A DNA stretch of 64,000 nucleotides. Origin: an uncultured Oscillospiraceae bacterium. Its GTDB lineage: Bacteria; Bacillota; Clostridia; Oscillospirales; Oscillospiraceae. Shown here in pieces: positions 36,334 through 42,918 of the stretch (position 1 is its first letter; the number at the start of each line of letters is the position of its first letter). Made by a program: the position numbers and the translations under genes. Under the pieces are notes generated by a model, which did no database searches, was not told where the DNA came from, and worked only from the letters and a program-made list of their open reading frames with translations. Location: contig CAJTYK010000002.1 in NCBI GenBank assembly GCA_910584285.1, positions 2,261 through 66,260 on the forward strand. The letters are read 5' to 3'.

Positions 36334-36362
36334 ATTGTATAACAGGACGGGGGAAAAGTAAA
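36334..36362 (-). promoter_or_regulatory. candidate promoter of the beta-CASP gene
   Basis: Minus strand: TTTACT (36362-36357), 17 nt, TACAAT (36339-36334). Confidence 0.4.
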
Positions 36363-36384
36363 GGGCTTCCCGACAACTTTCGGG

Positions 36385-36431
36385 AAAAATAGAGGAAGGC
36401 CGGGCTGCCCCCCGACCTTCCTCTATTTTTT
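36385..36431 (-). terminator. intrinsic terminator closing the B12-uptake operon (bidirectional shape)
   Basis: Minus strand: AAAAAATAGAGGAAGG ... CCTTCCTCTATTTTT, an 11-bp outer stem with a GC-rich inner stem. Confidence 0.8.
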
Positions 36432-36455
36432 ACGCCGCTCCGGACAGGCCGGAGC

Positions 36456-37562
36456 TCAGAAGCCGGACTCGTCCAGCTTCCCTTGGCTCCGGGCCAGCTC
36501 CCGCAGCCGCCGGTTGCCCTCGTTCATCTCCCCGAAGTCCTCCACTGGGCAGAGCACCCGGGTGCACCCCTCCATCAGGGCAGCGGCCCGCCGGAGCGCC
36601 TCCTCCCCGATGGGGCGGAAAGGCTTCTCCGAGACGGTCTCCACCGCCAGTGCCCGGGCCACGGGGTAGTCCAGGTCGTTCTCCCCCAGCACCCCGGCGG
36701 CAAAGGGCGTCCCCTGCCGCTGGAGCCGGCGATAGACCGGGATGCCCGCCCCGCCGCCGCCGATGACAAACACCTCCGGGGCCCCGGAGGCCGCCTCCAG
36801 CTCCAGCGAGCCGTACAGGGCGTTGTAGCTGCCCCGGGCCGCGCCGTACAGATCCGTGATATACTCCGCAGTGAAGATGTCCTCCGGCGGGCCCTGCCGA
36901 GCGATGGTATCCCCCGAGACGCACACCACCCAGTCGCTGATCTTCTGGGCCAGATCCAGCTCGTGGAGGGACATCACCACCGCCAGGTTCCGGGAGCGCA
37001 CCATGTCCTTCAAGATGGCCAGCAGCTCCAGCTTGTGGCGGATGTCCAGGAAGGAGGTGGGCTCGTCCAGCACCAGCACCTCCGGCTCCTGGTTCAGCGC
37101 CCGGGCCAGCAGCACCCGCTGGCGCTGCCCGTCGCTGATCCGGGAGAAGTCCCGATCCGCCAGGTCGGCGGCGTGCACCAGCTCCAGGCTCTTGGCTGTC
37201 TTGTCCCGATCCTCCTGGGTCAGGATCCCCAGCCGCCCGGTGTAGGGATACCGCCCGGTGGCCGCCACGTCGAAGCAGGTCATCAGCTCCGGGCGGACGT
37301 GGGCGGTCATGAGCACGCTGAGCTTCCGGGCCACGTCCCGCTCGCTGAGGGCCGCCATGTCCTCCCCACCCAGGTACACCGCCCCCCCGATGAGGGGGAG
37401 CTGCCGGATGAGGCTTTTCAGGATGGTGGATTTGCCCGCCCCGTTGGGGCCGATAAGGGTCATGATCCGCCCCCGGCGCAGCTCCAGCTCAATGCCGCTG
37501 ATGAGGGCCCTTTTGTGGTAGCCCACGCTGAGGTGTTCCGTGCGCAGACGCGGTTCGCTCAT
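36456..37562 (-). CDS. ABC transporter ATP-binding protein (FepC/BtuD class) with a roughly 110-aa C-terminal extension
   Basis: ATG 37562 overlaps the permease stop (ATGA). Walker A (GPNGAGKST), signature (ISDGQRQR) and Walker B (VLVLDEP) are present. The extra C-terminal domain starts around EVFVIGGGGAGIP. The ORF-track start at 38123 is an artefact. Confidence 0.85.
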   Translation of the reverse strand: MSEPRLRTEHLSVGYHKRALISGIELELRRGRIMTLIGPNGAGKSTILKSLIRQLPLIGGAVYLGGEDMAALSERDVARKLSVLMTAHVRPELMTCFDVAATGRYPYTGRLGILTQEDRDKTAKSLELVHAADLADRDFSRISDGQRQRVLLARALNQEPEVLVLDEPTSFLDIRHKLELLAILKDMVRSRNLAVVMSLHELDLAQKISDWVVCVSGDTIARQGPPEDIFTAEYITDLYGAARGSYNALYGSLELEAASGAPEVFVIGGGGAGIPVYRRLQRQGTPFAAGVLGENDLDYPVARALAVETVSEKPFRPIGEEALRRAAALMEGCTRVLCPVEDFGEMNEGNRRLRELARSQGKLDESGF

Positions 37563-38572
37563 GCCCGGGCCCCCTTCCCGCCCCGCCGGGAGGCCATGAG
37601 GTAGAGCACCACCGGCGCGCCGAACACGGCGGTGACGGAGCTGATGGACATATCCCGGGGGGCGAAGGCGGTGCGGGCGATGAGGTCGCAGAACAGGCAG
37701 AAGGCTGCGCCCCCCAAAAAACAGCCCGGTATGATCACGATGGGCTTTGCGGTGCGGAACAGGCCCTTCACCAGATGGGGCACAGCGATGCCCACGAAGG
37801 AGATGGGCCCGGCAAAGGCGGTGACGCAGGCGGACAGCAGGCTGGACAGCAGGATCAGCTCTGCCCGGAACCGCTTGATGTTCACCCCCATGCTCTGGGC
37901 GTACACCTCCCCCATCTGGTAGGCCCCAATGGGCTTGGACAGCAGGAAGGTGAGCACCAGGGCCACGCCCACCACCCAGGCCATGAGCCGCACGTTTTCC
38001 CAGGAGGTGCCGGAGAAGCTGCCCAGCGACCAGTTGTGGAGGTTGACGATGTTGGAGTCGTCGCTGAAGGTGATCACAAAGTCGGTGATGGCGGAGCAGA
38101 TGTTGCCGATCATGATGCCGCACACCACCAGCATGGACATATTCCGCACCCGCCGGGACATGAGCAGCACAAAGCCCATGGAGATCATGGATCCGGCGAA
38201 GGCCCCCGCCACCATGGCCATGGAGCTGATGACGATGCCCCGGCTGAGGAAGGTCACCATCACCAGGGCCACCGTCAGCTTGGCCCCGGAGGAGATGCCC
38301 AGCACAAAGGGCCCGGCGATGGGGTTAGCGAAAAAGGTCTGGAGCAGGAAGCCGGACACCGACAGCGCCCCGCCCAGGATGGCGGCGGCCAGCAGCCGGG
38401 GCAGGCGCATCCCCCAGATAATGCCGCTCTCCGACGGCTTTAGTAGGGCGGAAAATACCTCCTCCAGCGGTATGCTCACGCTGCCGGCGCTGATATTCCA
38501 CACCAGCAGCGCCAGCACCAGTGCCGTCAGCAGCGCCAGCCCTGCGGCGCAGCGCGGCCGGTTGTCTTTCAT
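37559..38572 (-). CDS. FecCD/BtuC-family ABC permease
   Basis: Polytopic FecCD-like sequence. ATG 38572 lies 6 nt after GGAGGGG. The ORF track starts at GTG 38590. Confidence 0.9.
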   Translation of the reverse strand: MKDNRPRCAAGLALLTALVLALLVWNISAGSVSIPLEEVFSALLKPSESGIIWGMRLPRLLAAAILGGALSVSGFLLQTFFANPIAGPFVLGISSGAKLTVALVMVTFLSRGIVISSMAMVAGAFAGSMISMGFVLLMSRRVRNMSMLVVCGIMIGNICSAITDFVITFSDDSNIVNLHNWSLGSFSGTSWENVRLMAWVVGVALVLTFLLSKPIGAYQMGEVYAQSMGVNIKRFRAELILLSSLLSACVTAFAGPISFVGIAVPHLVKGLFRTAKPIVIIPGCFLGGAAFCLFCDLIARTAFAPRDMSISSVTAVFGAPVVLYLMASRRGGKGARA

Positions 38573-38586
38573 CGTCATCCCCTCCG

Positions 38587-39777
38587 TCACGTCAGCCGGT
38601 AGAGATAGGTCAGCGACCCATCCGCCCCATGGCCTTGCGTCAGAATGTTATGGATGTCCAGCATCATCTCGCCCACGGACTGGGATTCCTGGAACATACT
38701 TTTTCCGGTGCACCACACATTTCCCTCCCGCACCGCCTTGAAGTCGGCCAGGGGGGCGCTTTTGGCAATGAGCTGCTCCAGCGTCTCCAACGTGCCCTCG
38801 ATGGTGCTGTTGTAGATGAGCACATCTGCGTCCTTTGCCTCGTGGTAGAAGCTCTCCATCTGGATGTTCATGGTGGACAGGGCGTTGTCCCCCTCCCCCA
38901 GGCCCTCGGGCAGATAGACCCCGCCCGCCAGGTCGATGGCCTTGGCGATGTAGTCCCCCGACTTGCGCACCGTCACCATGCCGTTGGCGGTGACGGCGAA
39001 GAAGGCCACCGTCTTTCCGGTGCTCTCCTGCTCCAGCACGGGCTCCAGCCTGGCCAGCTGCTCAGCGTAGTAGGCGTCGGCCTCCTTCTCCCGGCCCAGC
39101 AGGGCGCCGTACAGCTTCACCCACTCCATCCGGCCCAGGGGGTGGCTCTCATAGCTGGAGCGCTCCACCAGCACCGGGATGCCCAGCCGCTCCAGCTGCT
39201 CCTTCACCTCGGGGTTGTGGTAGATCATGGTGGACTCCAGGGCCATGCCACAGCCCTTGGACTGGAGCAGCTCGTAGTCCGGAGCGGAGTATTTCCCGGC
39301 GTACACCATCCGGCCCGCCTCCATGGCCTCCTTCACCTCGGGGAGATACCAGCCCGCCGCGTCGGTGCCCACCAGGGTGACGGCGTCCATGGCGTCCAGC
39401 TTCCGGAAGCAGTCCATGGCGGCGGTGGCCTGTAGGTAAATATTCTGGATGGGCTGGCGCAGAACGGTGACGTCCTCCGGCGTGCCCTCCGGGATGGGAT
39501 CCAGCTCGGGCACCACCAGATAGGTTTCCGTATCAATGGCGATCCGCTGATAGCCCTCCGGGGAATAATCCACGGAAAACATCTGGGCATAGTCCAGCTC
39601 CAGGTGTCGGCTCCAGTCCATCTCGCCCCAGGCCGGCACGACCCGCTCTGTGTTGGCGGGCTCCGACCCCTGGGAGGGCTCCTGGGCGGGCGGCGCGGAG
39701 GTCTCCCCAGCAGGGGCGCAGGCACACAGGGCCGCCGTCAGCGCCAGCAGGGGCACAACAATTTTCCACAATTTCAT
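38587..39777 (-). CDS. ABC substrate-binding lipoprotein (BtuF/FhuD class, Peripla_BP_2-like)
   Basis: Signal peptide with a lipobox (LTAALCAC). A cluster-A type binding-protein sequence next to the FecCD permease. Confidence 0.8.
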   Translation of the reverse strand: MKLWKIVVPLLALTAALCACAPAGETSAPPAQEPSQGSEPANTERVVPAWGEMDWSRHLELDYAQMFSVDYSPEGYQRIAIDTETYLVVPELDPIPEGTPEDVTVLRQPIQNIYLQATAAMDCFRKLDAMDAVTLVGTDAAGWYLPEVKEAMEAGRMVYAGKYSAPDYELLQSKGCGMALESTMIYHNPEVKEQLERLGIPVLVERSSYESHPLGRMEWVKLYGALLGREKEADAYYAEQLARLEPVLEQESTGKTVAFFAVTANGMVTVRKSGDYIAKAIDLAGGVYLPEGLGEGDNALSTMNIQMESFYHEAKDADVLIYNSTIEGTLETLEQLIAKSAPLADFKAVREGNVWCTGKSMFQESQSVGEMMLDIHNILTQGHGADGSLTYLYRLT

Positions 39778-39787
39778 AGGCGTCCCC

Positions 39788-40423
39788 TTACTGCTTCGTC
39801 AGGCTGGCGGAATCAAAGGTTACGGTGTACTCCACCTCATGGGGCTCGCTCATAGCCACCGTGTCGGCGATGACGGTCAGCGGCGCGTCAAAGGCGGTCA
39901 CTGGGATCTCAAAGACGGAGTTGCTGCCCGGGGCGCTGATCAGGTCGTAGCGCACGCCGTTCACCTTCATGTAGTCAAAGTTGGGACTGCTCCACACAAT
40001 GGTGGCGTAAAACTTTCCGCCCGAGCACCGCAGCGCCGCAGGAGACTGGATGGTGGCCCGTCCGGTGCCCCCTGACAAGGTGACCTTGGCGGTGTAGCTG
40101 CCGTCCTCCGGGCCGGAGGGGGTGGGCTCCGGGGTGGGGGCCGTTGTGGGCTCCGGAGTGGGCTTGGCAGTGGGCTTTGCCGTGGGCTCCGGGGTGGCCG
40201 TGGGCTCCGGGGTGGGAGCTGTTGTGGGCTCGGTCGTGGCGGTGGCCTCCGGGGCGGGGGTGGCCGTGGGCTCGGTTGTGGCGGCAGGCTGGGACTGCTC
40301 CGGAGCGGGGCTGGGGGTCTGGGTGGGCTCCGGCGGCTGCTGCGGCTGCTGCGCGGCACAGCCGGCCAGCACCGTCAGGGTCAGCGCCAGCGCCGCCAGA
40401 CGGGCCATCGTGTTCTGTTTCAT
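39788..40423 (-). CDS. lipoprotein: Pro/Thr-rich linker plus a roughly 105-aa uncharacterised beta-rich (NEAT-like) C-terminal domain
   Basis: ATG 40423 follows GAGGAGGA. Lipobox LAGC. About 80 aa of EPT/TPA repeats. The C-terminal domain is shared with the C-terminus of the upstream SLH-CbiK protein. Confidence 0.7.
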   Translation of the reverse strand: MKQNTMARLAALALTLTVLAGCAAQQPQQPPEPTQTPSPAPEQSQPAATTEPTATPAPEATATTEPTTAPTPEPTATPEPTAKPTAKPTPEPTTAPTPEPTPSGPEDGSYTAKVTLSGGTGRATIQSPAALRCSGGKFYATIVWSSPNFDYMKVNGVRYDLISAPGSNSVFEIPVTAFDAPLTVIADTVAMSEPHEVEYTVTFDSASLTKQ

Positions 40424-40441
40424 CTAATTCTCCTCCTCGTC

Positions 40442-40478
40442 AAAAGAAGCGCCGCAGAGCGCTTGGCTCCGCGGCGCT
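40442..40478 (-). terminator. intra-operon hairpin plus U-tract between the first two genes
   Basis: Minus strand: AGCGCCGC (40478-40471) pairs with GCGGCGCT (40455-40448) and is followed by TCTTTTG. Confidence 0.5.
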
Positions 40479-40487
40479 CAGAGAACG

Positions 40488-42353
40488 TTATTTCGCCTTG
40501 GCGGTGTCTGCCTGGAAGGTCAGGGTGCGGTCGTACCAGGTGTCCTTCTTTGCGCTGTGGGCGGCATAGTCCAGAGGCTTGTCCAGCTCGGCCACGGCCA
40601 GGGTGAAGGTGGTCTTGCCGTCGGCCTTCACACCGTCCACCACGCCCTCCTGGGCCAGGCCGGCGGCGGAGGCGGTGCCCACAAACATCTTGTCGAAGCT
40701 CTCGCTGCCCAGCACCAGCTGGGCGGTCATCTTGCCGTCCTTCACGGTGAGGGTGCAGCTGTCGATCTTGAACATGGACTGCTCGCACTCCACCTCGATG
40801 GCGTACACGCCGTCGGCCAGTCTCTCCTTGCCGTCGGGGTTCTCGGGGTTGGGCTCCACGTCCACGCCGGTGTCGCCCAGGGGCTTGGCGGCCTTGGCAT
40901 GGGCGGCCAGCAGATCCCGGATGGCCTGGAGCTCGCCCAGGCCCTTCACCTCACACTGGACCTCCAGTCCGGCGGCGGAGAACACAGAGTACCAGGACTG
41001 GGGGTCGTTCTCATCGGCCATGTCGTTGTTGGCGTGATCCCCCGCCACGATCATCATGGGGCGCAGCACCACCTTGGTGTATCCGGCCGCCTTCACCAGC
41101 TCCACCAGCTCCTGGGCGGTAGGGGAGGCCTCCACGGTGCCAATAAAGTAGTTCTTGTGGCCCTTGTCGGTGAGCACCTGCTGCATCTTGGCGTAAATGC
41201 TGTTGGAGGCGGCCTCGGTGCCGTGGCCCATGTAGCACACGGCGGTCTTGCCGTCCTTGGCCAGGTCCTGGGTGGCGGCCACCATGGCGTCGGCCACCTG
41301 GTCGAAGTCGTCGTCGGTGGTGAGCAGGGGGGCGCCGATCTTGATGGACTGGAAGTTGCCCTCATATTTCTCCAGGGCCTTCACCAGATCGCCGTACTCC
41401 CAGCCGTTCATCAGGTGGGTGGGCTGCACCAGCAGCTCCTCCACGCCGTTCTTCTTGGCCCGCTCCAGGGCCTCCTTCACGTTGTCGATGAGCTCGCCGT
41501 CCCGGCGGTATACATGCTCGATGATGATGTCGGCGGTAAAGCCACGGCGGACATCATAGTCCGGGAACGCTTTGTCCAGGTCGTCCTCGATGGCCTTGAT
41601 GGTCAGCACCCGGTTGTCGTTGAAGCTGGTGCCAAAGCTCACCACCAGCAGCTCCTTCTTGCCGATGCTGTCCTGGTTGCGGGGGTTATCCTTGGAGGCG
41701 TCGCCGGTGGCGGCGTCAGCCATGTAGCGGCACAGGATGGCGGACACCTCCGCCCGGGTGGCGGTGCCGTTGGGGTTGAGCTTCCGGTTCTGATCCCCGG
41801 TGATGAACTCGCTGGCCACGGCCCAGTTCATGTAGCCCTTGGCCCAATCGCTCACCTCGGCGGCGTCGGGATAGGCGGACGTCTCGTCCTTGCGGCTTTT
41901 CAGGGCGTCCTTGCCCACCTGGCGGGCGGCAAACTCGCAGATGATCTTGGCGATCTCCTGCCGCTTGACGGTGCCATTGGGGTCAAAGGTGTCGTTGTTG
42001 GCGGTCTTGCCGTTGACGATCTTCTGGGAGAAGGCCCAGACCACCGCGTCCCGGTAAGCATCCCCCTCCTTCACATCCTGGAAGGGATTGTCCACGCCCT
42101 TCACATCGGGGGAGTTGGCCAGACGGTACAGCGCCGTCACCAGCTCCGCCCGGGTCATGGGCTCGTTGGAGCCAAAGGTGGTGTCGGTTCTGCCGTCCAC
42201 CAGGCCCTTCTCCGTCACCTCGGCCACATACTCCTTGGCCCAGTCGGGCACGTCGGTGTACTTGGCTGCGTCGGCGGCGAAGGCGGAGCCGGTCAATCCC
42301 GCCGCCAGCACCAGGGCCAGCAGCAGCGCGGTGAGCTTGTTCCGTTTTCTCAT
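40488..42353 (-). CDS. secreted S-layer-homology (3x SLH) protein fused to a CbiK-type chelatase domain and a C-terminal NEAT-like domain
   Basis: Signal peptide (..GSAFA/AD). Three SLH repeats (aa 30-215). CbiK-like core (aa 232-487) with both conserved His blocks (LVQPTHLMNGWEY, CYMGHGTE). C-terminal domain aa 512-621. AAGGAGG lies upstream. Confidence 0.8.
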   Translation of the reverse strand: MRKRNKLTALLLALVLAAGLTGSAFAADAAKYTDVPDWAKEYVAEVTEKGLVDGRTDTTFGSNEPMTRAELVTALYRLANSPDVKGVDNPFQDVKEGDAYRDAVVWAFSQKIVNGKTANNDTFDPNGTVKRQEIAKIICEFAARQVGKDALKSRKDETSAYPDAAEVSDWAKGYMNWAVASEFITGDQNRKLNPNGTATRAEVSAILCRYMADAATGDASKDNPRNQDSIGKKELLVVSFGTSFNDNRVLTIKAIEDDLDKAFPDYDVRRGFTADIIIEHVYRRDGELIDNVKEALERAKKNGVEELLVQPTHLMNGWEYGDLVKALEKYEGNFQSIKIGAPLLTTDDDFDQVADAMVAATQDLAKDGKTAVCYMGHGTEAASNSIYAKMQQVLTDKGHKNYFIGTVEASPTAQELVELVKAAGYTKVVLRPMMIVAGDHANNDMADENDPQSWYSVFSAAGLEVQCEVKGLGELQAIRDLLAAHAKAAKPLGDTGVDVEPNPENPDGKERLADGVYAIEVECEQSMFKIDSCTLTVKDGKMTAQLVLGSESFDKMFVGTASAAGLAQEGVVDGVKADGKTTFTLAVAELDKPLDYAAHSAKKDTWYDRTLTFQADTAKAK

Positions 42354-42388
42354 GTCTCGTTTTCCTCCTTACGGTCTCATTTGTTCTA

Positions 42389-42551
42389 AGAACCTGTATT
42401 CACAGCCGAAGATGCCGGCTGGGCGAGGGATTTTTTCGCCAGACAAGGCGCATTTTCGCAGGAATACTTTGTGTATTTCAAGAAAATGCAACGCAGTATG
42501 GCGGAAAAAGACCCGTCCAGACGGCGTTTGAGGTTGTGAATACAGGTTCTA
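42389..42551. mobile_element. 163-bp element bounded by perfect 16-bp inverted repeats (MITE-like) in the operon leader
   Basis: AGAACCTGTATTCACA (42389-42404) pairs with TGTGAATACAGGTTCT (42536-42551). The interior is 47-50% G+C by hand count of two 60-nt lines, lower than the flanks. Confidence 0.6.
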
Positions 42552-42605
42552 AATTTCCCGACGGGCTGAGCCCGCCGTGGGAAACCGGATCGGGCGGGGC
42601 GCCGT

Positions 42606-42850
42606 AAAAAGGAAACGCCCCGGGCCGAAGGCCTCGGGGCGCGACAATGCCTCACGCGCGGAACACCGCCGTGAGGCCGAATCAAAAGCGCACTCTTGGT
42701 TTCGGCAGAATGCAGCCAGCCGCCACATATCTGACTTATCCCCTCAACGGGGGCATCACAGTGACCGACTCGCAGGGACTCTCACCCTATTCTGTGCGCC
42801 GCCACAGGCGGCCGCGGTTGGCTTCCAGCTATTCAGTTGAACTGACAAAT
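42606..42850 (-). promoter_or_regulatory. cobalamin riboswitch 1 (aptamer about 42690-42850, terminator 42606-42642)
   Basis: Minus strand reads GGTGAGAGTCCCTGCGAGTCGGTCACTGTGATGCC...GGGGATAAGTCAGATATGTGGCGG (core plus B12-box-like block). The terminator CGCCCCGAGGCC TTCG GCCCGGGGCG plus TTTCCTTTTT follows. Confidence 0.85.
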
Positions 42851-42852
42851 AC

Positions 42853-42881
42853 AGGCTAACACGGCGGAACGGATTTGTCAA
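42853..42881 (-). promoter_or_regulatory. candidate promoter of riboswitch 1
   Basis: Minus strand: TTGACA (42881-42876), 17 nt, TAGCCT (42858-42853). Confidence 0.45.
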
Positions 42882-42891
42882 GCATTTCCTT

Positions 42892-42917
42892 GCCCGTGTT
42901 GGCCCGTGTTGGCCCGG
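42892..42917. repeat. tandem 10-mer (2.6 copies)
   Basis: GCCCGTGTTG GCCCGTGTTG GCCCGG, between the cbiG stop and the -35 of the riboswitch promoter. Confidence 0.6.
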
Positions 42918-42918
42918 G

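Noticed and set aside
40120-40330. Short tandem DNA repeats (CCGTGGGCTCCGGGGTGG-like) that could be mistaken for a repeat array.
   Set aside because: They lie inside the lipoprotein CDS and encode its EPT/TPA linker. This is a coding low-complexity region, not CRISPR or a satellite.
42389-42551. Considered an invertible promoter (inverton) for the IR-bounded segment.
   Set aside because: No convincing -35/-10 pair is found on either strand inside the segment, and no invertase or recombinase gene is in the window. It is therefore reported as a MITE-like or structural element, with inversion as an open possibility only.
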